DNA from: Macrostomum lignano
Taxonomy: Eukaryota
Reading direction: 5' to 3'
Assembly (NCBI GenBank): GCA_002269645.1
Contig: NIVC01002239.1
Span: forward strand, 14,837 to 78,836
Length of the DNA stretch: 64,000 nt
Under the pieces are notes generated by a model. That model saw only the letters and a list, made by a program, of their open reading frames with translations. It was not told the origin of the DNA and searched no databases. The position numbers were made by a program, and so were the translations under genes. This document shows, in pieces, positions 34,170 through 48,943 of this stretch; position 1 is the first letter of the stretch; each line of letters opens with the position of its first letter.

Positions 34170-36596
34170 ATGCTGCTACTAGGCCTAATTTTGATCTGCG
34201 CTGTCACCGCGACCGCCACGGTGCCAGATGTCTCCTCTGATGAGCGAATTGCCGCGGCACTGCGCTTAAAGTCTGCCAACGGCTACAACTCGGATGTGAG
34301 ACCGCCACCGGATAATGGGACGGCTAATCTGGTCCGGGTGCACACCAACTTTAATAGTCTGGTGGCTGTCGTGAGTTTTGGACGATATCAACTAATGAAC
34401 TCGACATATGTACGCAAATGTTCCCACATTTACTCATTAATTATTCATTATTTCTGCTGTTCAGAATTCCGCATCTCAGGAGGTCAGTCTACTCCTGTGG
34501 CTTACACTGGTAAGACATATTTAGAGACCGCGAATCACTCTCTAATATTCTGCAGATTTTTCAGGATCAGCAACAGGTAAAAAGTCATAAACTTTTTTCC
34601 AGTCCTGGACAGACCGCCGACTTGCCTGGCACGGTCGCTTCAACGACAGTTTGGACAGCGAGACGGCGGTCTACTTTCCGGCCAGGCTGCTGTGGCTACC
34701 GGATGTGTCTTTCATCGATCTGTGAGACCGGGATGTGTTCGTTACCATTTTGATTCTCACTAGCTGCTCTGTTCTACTAGGTAGATACTCGTTTGTGTAT
34801 TAATTAATATAAATGAAAAAAAATCAATGAGTCCATTGGTTGTTTATACGAGTGTACAGTCTGCAATGTGGATACCCACTTTGCTTTTGTATATTCCTCT
34901 AACTGGTAAGTAGAAGCCCTCTATAGAATATTACTGGGACTTTGTACAACATTTTTCTTGCGGATTCAACGAGTTGACGATGCGGCATTACTGAAGCATT
35001 TTAAGAGTAAGCAAATCGTGTGTCTGAACTGCATGGTTAATGGAAGCTCTAATAGACGTTACTAAACACAAGAGCAATAAAGAAGCAATCCACGGGATGC
35101 TTGCAACGTTACACTGTCCAACCAAAACTTGCAGCTTGTTCATACAGCGGGTGTCATTTAGCAACGCAATGGCTCACGTTAGCTCTCAGGGACCGGTAAT
35201 GTACACCTCCCAGTACGTGATTACCAGCAAGTGCCCAATGAGCATGTTCGAGTTTCCCTATGACAAGCAGCGCTGCGTAGTGCCCATCTCGTCAGCCATT
35301 CATTCGAAGCAGGTGCTGGCTTTGCACATCGGAGCCTACCTAGAGAACGACTCCATCACGAAGTACCTGGCCCGCAACGACGAGTTTTGCATTACAGGAG
35401 CGACAATCAGGAAGACTGTGGACTACTACTTTGATATTCTGCAGTTTGCCATCACTTTCAAGGTAAGAATATTGCGTCTGTATCTAAAAAATTTAATTGG
35501 CTTGCAAAATTTTTAGGCAACATCACGTTCCAATATTTTTTTTCAGAGACGGCCCATTTTCTACGTGATAAACCTAATCCTGCCCAGCCTCCTGCTGCTC
35601 GCCATCTCCACCGTCACCTTCCGACTGCCACCGGACTGCGGCGAGCGGATGTCATTCAGCATCACCATCGTGCTGTCCATGTGCGTGTTCCTGCAGATGG
35701 TGAATGAGCACACGCCCACGCAGAGTGAATCCGTCCCTCTGCTAAGTGAGTTCTGTGGACATAAATCCAGATATCTGCTGCAGTTAATTGCACAGGAGTT
35801 GTGTCACTCGACAAAAAACGATATAAATCTATTCGTTTATGATTTACGTTTATGTTGATGAAAATGATTTGTAATGATTTTTGAGTAACAACAGCAAAGT
35901 TACTCAAGTTAAAATTCGCAAAAGAAATTTAGCTATAAACTTAGAGTGGCTTGGGTTATCACGTTCTTTGTTGAGTTGTTTTTTAATGCGAGTCTATCTG
36001 CATACCAGACGACCTTGTGAATGAATGACTGCATACTTACTTGCCGGACCTCGTACGAGCTAGTTTGTTGTTTATTCTTCTTATCAATGTAGCACGAGCT
36101 CCGGCATCCTTTACTTGTACCCACGGCTTTGTATGTACCACTTCCTCTCGACGTTAACCCACTCGATTTCAAATTTTTCTCATAGGCACTCGCCCACTCT
36201 CTTCTATTTCCTGGTCCAGCCTGCTACTGCACTCTGGCGGTGGTGATGACAATGACCGTCGTCTTGGGCAACGCCTTCGTTCTCAGCTGCCACAGCCGGT
36301 GTTGCCGCTCCGCTCCCCCGGGACGTCTGCTCCGGACGCTGTTCCTTCACTCGTTCGTCGCTCGTCGGAGCCGTCGGCAGCCGGAAGCCGACGGTTCAGT
36401 CCGGCAGAGCTTGTCGCCCGACAACGAGTCTGAGACCGCCTGCGGGAACGCTCTGCGCTGTCAATGGAGCACCATAATTTCAGGCGTTGACACCTGCCTG
36501 TTTGCGTTCTATTTTGGCATCACCGTGTCTTTGGTGATAGCACTGGCCGCTATTGGACTTGTTACAGATAGCCAGAAGTGCATCAATGAGGACTAA
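34170..36596 (+). CDS. LGIC5: apparently intact nAChR-like subunit, ~422 aa, 6 exons (34170-34370, 34465-34509, 34603-34721, 35135-35462, 35547-35745, 36220-36596)
   Basis: Signal peptide, YNSDVRP, WTDRRLAW, WLPDV, CPMSMFEFPYDKQRC, LPPDCGERMSFSITIVLSMCVFLQ. M3 and M4 are in one exon. Exon sizes are 201/45/119/328/199 as in the paralogues. Confidence 0.92.
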
Positions 36597-39535
36597 TTAG
36601 TTGCGGAAAGAGGAATTGATTCTTTAGAGTTGCAACTTAAAAATTACGCGTTAACGCTTGCGTCAAGTCGATGGTTCTCTGTTCCTTTCCCTAGACCAGC
36701 ATATGTGATTCTTTCGTCAGCTTTTATCAAGTCACAGTTAAACAATAGCATTGTGTAGAAAATGGAAAAATCATTGAGTGACTGCAGTCAAGTTTTAAAC
36801 TCGACCAAAACAGAGTCTTAAATCTTATCCTGCGGTGTAATTTTCGGTGTAGAAAGAAGTTTCTGTAGGCCAAGAATGAGTTTTCAGTTGTACTTGTCGA
36901 GCATTGCTATCCATACATGCGCATATGAAACGTGAACGTATGCAAAGCATTCGCCGCGCTTGCAGCAGCTTTTTGCTTTTCATGCATGCAGATCAAACTG
37001 AGGCAGGATTGTCTTGGAGATTTTGATGGATCTGTTCTTGCAGTCAGTAGGGGTGCCGTACTGTACAGTGAGTTGTACTTGAATGCGAATATGCGATGGG
37101 GAATACGAGTGGCGTCTTGCAACAGTAGCCGAACCAAATCGATGCATCATCGGCCAATCTCGACGAGAATTTTAACAACAGCAGCCGCAGGACTTCCGGC
37201 AAACCTACGAGTAGTTCCGGACTCTGGCTAGCCGCCAGGTTGGGCTGTCAGGTGTCGGGCAAAAGTTCGCTTGCCATGTGTCACGAAGAGCCGGAATACG
37301 TGGCCCCCAGCCGAAAATAATGACCTCAGTGGCCTAATGGCAGGTCTATCAGCATGTCCTGTTGGACAGACGGGAAAGCGGTCTCGACTGTACCGTGTGC
37401 AGTCGTCGACTTCAAGGGTCGGCCCTCTCGAGGGGCTCCTTGAGGGGCTCTCTCGATATTTGGTGTGGCACAAAAAGCAAAGCAAACAGACAGCAAAAAC
37501 CTTTGTTCTATGCAAAAAATTTCTCCCTTGACGTGTTGGGCTTGAATGATTTATTATTCTGCAGTAAAAACAGTTGCAATTAATTTTCCTCGGAAAATCT
37601 CTTACCTTGGTTAAAATATAGGCTTCCATATCTTTTTTTGTCAAGTTCGATTTTGATTTTCATACTATTAGTAGCATATAGATATGTCACCAGCGTCTGA
37701 TTCGAATAATCGTGGAATAATTATGAGTCAAAGATAATGTTTTGATTTTTATTCTATGCCTATGATAGGTGTGGGTCCACACCTTGAGGCCCAAATGCGA
37801 GTAGCTAAGATAGGGTAACTGAAATTCTACTGCTGTTTACTGCACTTCTTGCTGTCTGTCTCAAAGCAAGGTACACAACGAAGGATCCGCAAAGTTGTTT
37901 TCGGCTTTTTTAAACAAGCTTCCGGTACAAATGTTGGTGGAAAGGATATCTTGACAAATCGACAAGTCTTCAAATATTGAACGAGAGACAAAACGATTAT
38001 TTTAGACTAATACTAAAAGTATTACTAGTAACACTAATGGTGGTAGTAATGATAATAGCAGTACTAATGATACTTGCAAGTGGACTGTAGGCACCCTGTT
38101 GCAACGCCTTCAGACACATCGTCCGAAAACCAGTTTCTTCTACTTCTTCTACTTCAAGTAGTAGTTAACCAAGTTTGAAACCTTTTAAAAACTTTAAACT
38201 AACTGAATTATCCAATTCAATGATGTACCGTGCCAGCAAATTTTCGACTCCCTTAACTTAAAAGTAGCCTCAGAGGTCATGAAATGATCTGAGAGGCTGA
38301 GAACAATCACAAATACTGTATGCAGACACGCACACAGGGTGTAAAACGGCCCCGACTTTCTAATCGCTAGGCAGGTTTGAAAAATAAATCAATAATGTAA
38401 AATGAAAATTCCTGGGCATTGCAGCACTCCGGTTATCGCAGAGAGATTTACCTAAACGAGAAATGAAAATAAAAAAAGATTTGAAGAGAAACAGACTTGA
38501 GAGTGAGAGAATATGAGAACTCAAGGGCGCAGATGTTAAATTTTAGGAAACTTTAGAAGGCCAGAGCAAACCATCGCATTGTGTCGGCAGGCCTGAGCAC
38601 TCCACTTGATTGCAGAGACATCTGAGGACAAAAGTCGCCTTCCCACAGACTTTGGGAGTAACCCCATGAAGACAGAAAGTCAGACTGAGGCAGAAACGCA
38701 GCCTCACCGGCCTATTCAAATCCTCCATTTTATCTTTTCCCTAACTTTTCAAGTGTCCTACTACAGGTGGCGAACGTCTCTTCAATGTCATTCTCCAGCA
38801 GCCGGGTTTTTCCCAGAGGAAATTTCCAGCCACATAGAAGAGCAAGCAGAATTTCTGCCGTGAAAGCACACTACCATTAGAGTTCCCGTGTTGCTAGGGT
38901 GACTGCAAGCTGAGGGCAGAATGAAGAACGATTAATTCGTTTCCTTCGACAGGTCGTAGTGTATTTGAATTATAAGTTCTCTCTTGCAATATAAACTTTT
39001 TGTATGCGAGTAATTATTGATTCTACTAGTATCTAATATCATTTTATGCAGGCAGCATCTCTGCAGTGGCTGTAGCTATAAGAAAGAGAATTTAAAAAGT
39101 TAAGACAAACGTTGCATAGAGCTAGAATAGGCAAGGGTAATTGTTCTATAAAGGTAGGACTAACCAAGGCAACGCAATACATTTTCGTCGAAAATTCAGA
39201 AAGTTACTTTAGGCTAAAAAATATGTCTACTTCTGCCGTACAATTAGTTGAGATACAGTGGTTACATATTTAGTTTGTTTATTATCAAGAAAAAAGACGG
39301 ATTACAAGCTAAGGCAGTTTCTAAATAAAGCTTTTTCGCTGCTTTTCAAAAACTTGGTTGGAGAAAAACTGAAAATAAATTTTGAACGCAAGCAGGTATA
39401 TGTAGGTTTCATGAAGTTGAAAATCATAAGCTACTTCGTATAGCAATGTAAGGATATTAAAAAAACTTTTTGTAACCGTTTTTAACACACGCAAGATTTC
39501 GTCATTGTTGGATCATAATTTCAATGTTAGACTCT

Positions 39536-40288
39536 TCAGAACACGGACTGGCACTCGCAGATGTACTTGCGAGCACTGCTGCAGGAGTCATCGTCAACGC
39601 CTCCAGTTGAATGGCCATGCCAAAGATTTGTGCACTCCAATGACGCAGGACCGTTCGGCTCTCCAGAGTGCCATACGCTGGCGTTCACGGGCAGGTTGCA
39701 GGCGGCCCAGAACCAGTCAGAGTGCGCATTCGAAGTTCCAGATCCGCCAAGGAAAAAATCAGACGAGCTGCCCATCAGCTGCTTCAGCGACCTCAGGTGC
39801 AGAGCCTCATCAAGGTCGATCGCATCAGAGAACTTGGTCAGTCCGGGATCCGCACTGCAGGTCAGGTTGGCGTTGTTCCAGGTGAGTGTCACCGACGTGA
39901 CCACCTTGTACGATGTGCCGTATCTCGTGTGCTCGTATCCGGACGGACACAGGCGACCCGGAGGTACGCCGGGCAGAGACCTCACATACACAGTCACCTG
40001 GTGAGTGCAGCTCGGCACAGACTGCACACGGTGACTGCACGCATCGAACAGGAACAGCTTGCACTGACAGGCTCCAGCTGTCAGCACTGAGAAGGCCTGA
40101 CACTTGTCCTTCCTAGCGCAGACGAGGCTGCATTCGAGCGGAGTGCACAGACCGGACACGATGCTGGTGAAGTCGGAGCTCACGCAGTCCAGTCCGGTGG
40201 TTTGGTGGAATTTCAGCCTGGCGGAGCTGCAGGACTCGGACAGCACCGCAGGGACCCACAGCAGCAGTAGAAAAACACAAAGCTGCAT
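39536..40288 (-). CDS. Intronless secreted C-type lectin (Cys-rich PAN-like N-domain + CTLD with EPN motif), 250 aa
   Basis: Signal peptide MQLCVFLLLLWVPAVLS. CTLD hallmarks TWNNANLTC, FFLGG, WHSGEPN, DDSCSSARKYICE. Confidence 0.9.
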   Translation of the reverse strand: MQLCVFLLLLWVPAVLSESCSSARLKFHQTTGLDCVSSDFTSIVSGLCTPLECSLVCARKDKCQAFSVLTAGACQCKLFLFDACSHRVQSVPSCTHQVTVYVRSLPGVPPGRLCPSGYEHTRYGTSYKVVTSVTLTWNNANLTCSADPGLTKFSDAIDLDEALHLRSLKQLMGSSSDFFLGGSGTSNAHSDWFWAACNLPVNASVWHSGEPNGPASLECTNLWHGHSTGGVDDDSCSSARKYICECQSVF

Positions 40289-41220
40289 TGGGCTTAATTT
40301 GTTTTGCTTCTAATGAACAAATAATTCGGTAAACGTTAATACCTTTTAAGATACGCCGGGTCTTAACAGGTTAGAAGGAAATTCTAAGGTTTTTATGAAC
40401 GGTCAGGAAGCAACTTTTTTCAGTCAGAAAACTTCTGATTGGTTTATTTTTTAACTAGAACGCAGAAATTTCAGCGAGTAAGTTAGTTACTCAGGATGCA
40501 TTTTACTTCATTACTCTAGTAGTTTCCTGGAAACGAATGCCATCCTTAAATCTCTCTTAATCAGCTCAATCGCCACCGTTTCTCTTGCGACGAGCCAGTG
40601 CTTTTCTACGAGTAAATACGCTCGTAGCCTCAATTTGGCAGACCTTGATGATATAATTTTATCATTTTATATATAGTTCTAAGCTTAGCACCTGTCTGTG
40701 GAGTAATTATCGCTTTTTGTAGTCAATTTCTTTATTGGGGCTTGCAAAAGTGGACATGGAGAAGTAGTTTTTGTAACAGGTAGCATTTTGCGTCCTGCCT
40801 ACAACTTCTGCTCACGTCGGATAACAAAGAATTGAATTCGAAACACGGTATTTCTGGGCCCAGGCTGCTGCGGTCCAGCCGAGCCGAGTCCAGCGAAGCC
40901 CAGCCGAGGCAATGGGGGGTTAACTGGAAGAGAGAACTCCAGGCAACGGCCAAAGCCACGAGCGGCTAGCAACATTGCAGGATTGCAGGAAATATCTATG
41001 GCACGAATCGAAGTGGCCCAGAAGGAGGAGGCACAAACGTCTATGGCACGAAAGCCAAAAGGCGGGGAGAGTTCATGGCAATGACAATCCTATTGATTGA
41101 ATGGAGGGTTGAAATGTCTTCCACCAAAACTTTCAGTGGGGGTGAAGGGGTTTGTGTGAGGGATTCCCAGGCAGTAAGTAGTCTGTCCAAACCTGTTGAT
41201 TCAAGAGTTTTCTGTCCATC

Positions 41221-42677
41221 ATGAGCGACCCGATAATACATTATATTAATTGGGGTAACCTCCCGTGTGAGGACCTCGGCAACATCACGCAGGATGAACT
41301 GAACTTCCTCTCGGAATCCTCTGCCGTTGATCGGCACGACGAAGATTTCGATGCGTTCCTGAAGTATGTCCAAAATGGTCCAGCTGATACTGGGCTGCCA
41401 ATGATCGATGGAGATGAAAAGATAGACGTTTCCGAGATGGACAGAATCGAGATCGAGAGTCTGCCTGAGGATACTCGGAAGCAGATGTACCAGCATGGCC
41501 AACGTTTTCGAGACTTCCTGGAAGGGGAGAATCTGCGCAACATTCAGCATGTCAACAATCCTACATTGAACCAATATCTTCGGTACTTCTACTTCAAGCT
41601 GAAGAAACAGGATGGCTCGTTTTACTCGCCGGCCTCTCTCATCTGTATCCGGGCTGGAATTCAGCGTTTCCTACGCATGGTTCTGAAGCTGCCTGTCGAT
41701 ATAATCGGTGGTGAGGAATTCAATTCCTGCAACGAGATGCTGCGTGTCAAGGTTCGTGATTTCCATCGAGATGGTGGCTGCACCAGGCAGTATGAACCAA
41801 TTGAAGAAGGCGACATGCAGAAGTTGCGGTGCTACTTTGAAGGGACTACGGCTGAAATCGAGCAGGCTAAATTTCTGTTCTATGTTCTTTACTCCTTTGG
41901 AGAGCGTGGCCAGGAGCATCTGAAGTTCCTGAGACAAAGGGACTCGCTTGAATTGCACACGGATTCTGACGGCAAGGAGTACTACTGTCTTCCTGCTCTG
42001 CCAACGAAGAATAAGTCAGCCGATCCTGTGAAGGCGAAGGCCAGGCCGGACAACAAACAAGCTCGGATCTACGACACGGCCAAAGTGAGGAGATATCTAC
42101 AACTGCTACCTCCAACAACCAAGGACAACCATCTGTTCCCGCGTCCACTATCCAACACGGATTCCAATGGACAGCCTATGTTCTCAACAAAGCAGAATCG
42201 CGGGGAGAACTACTTCCTGCGTTTCATGCGAAACTTGAGCGAGAAGGCCGGTTTGTCCAAGATGTACACGAATCATTGCATTCGGTAAGCCTTTTTCTTC
42301 ATATTGCTTTAAACCAGTTGCATATTTTCTATGCAATACTTTATTTCTGTTGTAGAGTGAGCAGGATTGCTGATCTAGAGGCTGCTGGGTACAACCTGGC
42401 TGACATCATGTCGATAACCGGTCAGGTTTCTGAGAGGACAACTCGCCGTTACCTGTCCAAGCGCCGTGATCGCTCGCTGCAGTCTACCAGTGAGGCTGTT
42501 TCTATGGCACTTGATTTGAATGGTTCTTCACAAGCTGTTGCGACTCCATTGCGTGAGAGTTCACCGGTGCCAGTACCTGTGTCGTCTTCCGTGCAGATCA
42601 CCGGCATCAGTCATGACAATCCGTCGGTCAGGTACAGTTTCCACAACTGTTCATTCAATGGTTGCAAATTTGAGTAA
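41221..42677 (+). CDS. Crypton-like tyrosine recombinase (DUF3504/ZMYM-KCTD1-type), ~461 aa, 2 exons (41221-42284, 42356-42677)
   Basis: YSPASLICIRAGIQRFL, FGERGQEHL (R), TKN (K), NHCIR| (HxxR split by a 71-bp GT-AG intron), IMSITGQ...TTRRY (Y). No RT, and no element termini identified. Confidence 0.85.
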
Positions 42678-44604
42678 TGGACTCAACCGTCGTATTTTCT
42701 GGACTTTCTCCTGCTGTCGTGATGAGAACATGACCATAGGTTAGACTTGCACTCAATTGACTAAGCAGTGTTATTGTTGGAACATTTTTTGTTGGACTTC
42801 AATAAATATAAGAATTTCACGCTTCGTGTTACTTTTTTCGCCTATGGTATTGTTGTCCAGTCTTGTTATTTTACCTCCAGAAAATGGCCGGTCATTGTCC
42901 GGAGGTCATTGCCATGAACAAATATTTCGGGCAATGGCCATGCCTTTGGGCCCGCAGAAGCGGGCGAGAGAAGAAGTGAAGCGAGCGCCTACACTGTCTC
43001 TCTCATTTTATTTTAAACACGCGTTGGAACGAAAATTCTAATAAGCTACATAAAACAAATATGGTTTTAGGCACCCCCCCTTCGCAAATACGAGTATGAC
43101 TGCATTCTATGCAGTCATAGTCTATGGCCCAAACCAAAATGGCTAGAAAGCGCAATCAGTTTTCCAACTGAGATAATACCAAAAGATGCTGGCAAGTCCT
43201 ACAGCGTATATATTGCTGTCAAAGGGCAAACAGTTGTAGAAATGGCACTGCATCAAAACCAAGCAAAAGCTTTGTGGAGGTTCAATCTCTGCCATTGGAG
43301 AGCAGGCAACGCGTCAGTCAATCAAGTTGTCAAAAGAGAAGGGCTCTTTCCAGCTAGCCAAGAAGACATGCAGTTTGGAAGACCTGTATGAATGCACAAG
43401 AAGCATTGTCAAGTCTACGTCAAACCCCTTAAGCTCTGTCTATTGTGAGAATTTCCGTCCGCACACTTGCTGTGAAAGAGCTACATAACACGCCATAGAA
43501 ACGGCTGAGGGCTGGAGTTGTGAATGTCTACCAATTAGGAAAAACAAAGACATAAAGGACTTCCTAGCTCAATATCCATCCTTGCAGATTTACCTCAGAA
43601 AAACTGCCAAAGTTATTGCCACATTTGTCTTCCTCAGTTTCATATGACGAGTGTAACGAATGTAATCAGATAATTTGTGTAGTATTTCCCTATATTTCCC
43701 CCTGTATTTGGCCTCATCATGGGTGCTGTCTTTGAATTTCTTCTTGCCTGTGTTGTGTCGTGGCAAGGAGCCCTTAAAAGGGTCGTTTTACTAACTAACT
43801 AAAAGGGATATTTTTCTTACTACTCTACTGTAAGTAGGCGTCACCGTAAATGTGATGCAGACAATTAATACATTTTCTTGTTGCCAAATTTATCGATCGC
43901 GTAATAATTCATGGTTGGATGTGTAATATAAGCGCGGGTTGTCCTAAGTTACTCGCGGTTTTCCTGTGTTTGTCTATCAAGACACCACAGCCTGCATTTT
44001 GTTGAGTTTCCTTTGACGTGATGTGCAGTATTGAAGCAGCAGCTGTCTGTGGGTCACTAGTTTCTGTCTGCGTGACACTGCTTTCCTTCTACCATGGTTG
44101 GTTGATCATTGCCAGGCGCATTGTGCCTTGGGGTCCTCACCCGATCGGCAAAAAGTTTTTGAAGCGGAACTCTCCTGCTTGCAAGCTTTAGCATCTCCTG
44201 CATCTCCTAAAGACTCCTGCTGCATTCACACGCCTTTCTCTATGGAGAAAACGTGTTTAAAGTCAAGAATTCTCATTCGAAACTCAATTCCCAGAGTCCA
44301 ACGAATGGTTTCGGTTGAAGATTGAAAGTCATTGTTAAGATAGCTCGCAAGTGGATTACATAAAAGTCTAGCCCTACGACGCGTAACCCCGCAATTCATA
44401 TTCATACCGTCTGCGCCCCACTCCATAAACCCCACTAATTCTTAATTCCTTTCATTTAGCCCCGTTAATCCTAGTCTTAAAACCCTTGCCACTTACGACC
44501 TCCCCCTAAACCACTGTCCCTAAACCCTTCGCCCTTCACCCCTGGCCCTAAAATCCCTGTCAATAAAAAACCTGGCCCTAAACCCTGTCTTTAAACGCCT
44601 GTAT

Positions 44605-46125
<1,521 letters not shown>

Positions 46126-46748
46126 TTGTCGCTAAACAAAAACAGCTCAAGTTCTGCAGAGCAGAAAGCAGTCCAGCAAAGAAACAGTGGGGACAGAGTC
46201 CAGCACACTATTCACACGCTGGCGCCCTCTCCAGTGAGCTCAAGCCTTACCTTGACGGTCTAATGGGACCATCTCCGCCTCACCGCTTCTCTACAGAGCC
46301 ACTCCACCCGCTGTTAAAAGCTGCAGTTTAGTTACCATGGCAACTTGACTGGGGGGGGGGAATTTCTGCCGCAAAACAGCTGCTTTGAAATTTTGGTTGG
46401 GTGAGGCTGTCTTCAACAATGGGGCTGTTTTTCCTTTCAAAAAGAAAAAACTTTCTAAGAAGGCATTTTGGCAGGATCCAGACAGATGCATTTTGTGACA
46501 GCGCTCATAATACGCTCGCACATAAGAATATATTTGTTGGGACTCACGTATTCTACGTGTAAGGCAGCTCCTAAAGTAACTTTTTTCAGTAAATTAAATG
46601 GACAGATTAACGATAGATCACGGAAAATTAGAAATGGTAGATAATTTTAGTAATAAAACATAGCTAGAGAAACAAATAATTGTACTCATTAGGCTGCTTT
46701 TTCCAGTGGAGTTTCCAGCGTTCAAAGTTTTTTAATTTCCAACCGGCT

Positions 46749-47142
46749 CAGGGCGTAGCCAAGGTCTTTCATTGGGGCCACATCGTGGGGGCGTCATCGT
46801 GGCGGCTTTAGCACCAGGGGCTTTAGCACCAGGAGCTTTAGCTCCAGGGGCTTTAGCACCAGGGGCGCCAGCACCAGGGGCGCCAGCACCAGGGGCGCCA
46901 GCACCAGGGGCGCCAGCACCAGGGGCGCCAGCACCAGGGGCGCCAGCACCAGGGGCGCCAGCACCAGGGGCGCCAGCACCAGGGGCGCCAGCACCAGGGG
47001 CGCCAGCACCAGGGGCGCCAGCACCAGGGGCGCCAGCACCAGGGGCGCCAGCACCAGGGGCGCCAGCACCAACTGGCAAGGGAACGCCAGAGTTTTGGCA
47101 TCCCTTCGGCCTCCCTTGGCGCCCGACCCGGCTACGGCCCTG
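46749..47142. mobile_element. hAT-like MITE whose interior has expanded into a 15-bp minisatellite (GCACCAGGGGCGCCA)n
   Basis: Termini CAGGGCGTAGCC / GGCTACGGCCCTG are imperfect inverted repeats. About 18 internal 15-bp units. No clean 8-bp TSD seen. Confidence 0.65.
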
Positions 47143-47423
47143 CAATTTTCCATAATATTTCTGTTTATAGTTTTCCATAATATCCGGATAAATAGAGAAT
47201 ATATCGCTAATATCTATCTAGTATCTAAGCATTGCTAAAGCTAGCCTTAAATCAAGACTGCGACTACACAAAATGGTACTCTGTATTGTAAGAGTGGTGC
47301 ATTCAATGGAGAGCTACAATGGAAAATTTTGCTGGTGCCGAAAGTTTAGTTCATTTTCAGATGGCCTAAGATTCAAAATGGCCCTGTTAACTATTGTATC
47401 AAGAGAAATTGTCGAAGGCAGTG

Positions 47424-48197
47424 TCAGAACACGGACTGGCACTCGCAGATGTACCAGGTTGAGATGTCGCATCCATGGTCGTCGATGCCTCCGTTGCCAA
47501 AATAAGAGCACAGGTTGGCGCAGCCGCTGCTATTATATTCATTGACTCCGTCGGGCTGCCCGCCCTGCCAGACACTCGCATCGATGGTCAGGTTGCAGGC
47601 GGTCCAGACCCAGTTGGACTTGGTTGTGGCAGTGGATATGTCAGTTGTCAGCTTGCCGCCCAGGAAGCAGTCGGGGTTGTAGTCTGCCCGCACCAGCAAC
47701 CTCAGGTACGCGGCTTCCTCGAAATCGATTGCGTCAGCGAACTTCGAAAGTCCCGGTTGCGTACTGCAGATTTGGTTGGCAGTTTGCCAATTCTTGTTTG
47801 GAGACGATGTAATCTTGTACGAGGTGCCGTATTTGGTATGCTCGTATCCGGTCGGACACAGGCGACCCGGAGGTACGCCGGGCAGAGACCTCACATACAC
47901 AGTCACCTGGTGAGTGCAGTTCGGCACAGACTGCACACGGTGACTGCACGCATCGAACAGGAACAGCTTGCACTGACAGGCTCCAGCTGTCAGCAGTCTG
48001 AAAGCCTGACACTTGGGCATTTGAGCGCACTGAATGCTGCATTCGAGTGGAGAGCACAGGCCCGACACAGTTCGAGTGAACTCGGGGCTCACGCAGTCCA
48101 CACCGGTGATTGGAGAGAATTTCACTCCGTCAGAGCTGCAGGAATCGGACAGAACTGCCGACACCCACAGCAGCTGCAGCAGTGCGAAGAGCAGCAT
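47424..48197 (-). CDS. Intronless secreted C-type lectin paralogue with QPD motif, ~257 aa from the Met at 48197
   Basis: Signal peptide MLLFALLQLLWVSAVLS. Shares long identical stretches with 39536-40288 (LFLFDACSHRVQSVP..YVRSLPGVPPGRLCP). WQGGQPDG, DDHGC..WYICE. Confidence 0.9.
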   Translation of the reverse strand: MLLFALLQLLWVSAVLSDSCSSDGVKFSPITGVDCVSPEFTRTVSGLCSPLECSIQCAQMPKCQAFRLLTAGACQCKLFLFDACSHRVQSVPNCTHQVTVYVRSLPGVPPGRLCPTGYEHTKYGTSYKITSSPNKNWQTANQICSTQPGLSKFADAIDFEEAAYLRLLVRADYNPDCFLGGKLTTDISTATTKSNWVWTACNLTIDASVWQGGQPDGVNEYNSSGCANLCSYFGNGGIDDHGCDISTWYICECQSVF

Positions 48198-48943
48198 TGG
48201 ACAGCAGATTGCTGGAATGATCGTTGAGCAGTGGAACTTCAGTGTGAAATAAACGACTACAGTCTTGCTTCTTGCTTCAATAGCTCCTGTCACGTCTTTC
48301 AAGTCTTAGGAGTGATCTTTTTAAGGAGACATTCAGACAGACACTTCTTGCCGTGGAACCTGGCGCCCGGTGGTTACAAGTCTTCACTTCTCTTTGTTGA
48401 GCCTCTTCCAACTTAACTTGTGACTCTGCTGCGCAGAAAATCGAAACAAAAGACAGCATTTCAACAGCGCCCTCAAGTCGGTCCTGTGCCTCGCGTCCTC
48501 AGTCCCAACCTCTGTAGGATGATTCCACACCCAGTAAAACCCGCGCAGCAGAGCTAAGGACTACTAAAGTTACTAAAGCCGTCTTTGAGTAGAGCAAGCT
48601 CATGGACAACTGAAGTAAAAGGACGGGGCATTATATTTTCCAAGAAATGTGCAGGAGGCCGATAAGGCACATATTAGTCGTATCGTTAACTGTAGTGCAT
48701 TGAGTATGCTGGGAGAAATCCAAATTTCTAGCGAAGTTTTTGCTCCCCCGAATTCGTCTATGGCAAAACCTATTCAGCGCTTTGCGTTCCCCAAATTATT
48801 GGCTGCTATTTTAGACAGATGTGTTTTCGAAACAGTTTACTATGAGTAGCGAGTTGTACACGTAAACAATAAGTTAGTCTGAGGTAGCAATCGAGCTTGA
48901 ATCAGGACCATTACAATGGTTCTTACGAGTACTTAATGGTGTC

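Noticed and set aside
36900-37520. GC-richer stretch that might be a decayed LINE RT
   Set aside because: No convincing RT motif in any frame.
40522-40534. Palindrome GTTTCCTGGAAAC (STAT/GAS- or X-box-like) ~230 bp upstream of lectin 1
   Set aside because: A single short motif with no counterpart found upstream of lectin 2, compatible with chance.
44500-44590. Four CCCTAAA telomere-like motifs beside the GATA array
   Set aside because: Scattered and non-tandem, and too few to call an interstitial telomere.
46732-47178. Collagen- or elastin-like GAPGA ORF
   Set aside because: A 15-bp repeat inside a MITE is open in several frames on both strands, with no signal peptide or splice context.
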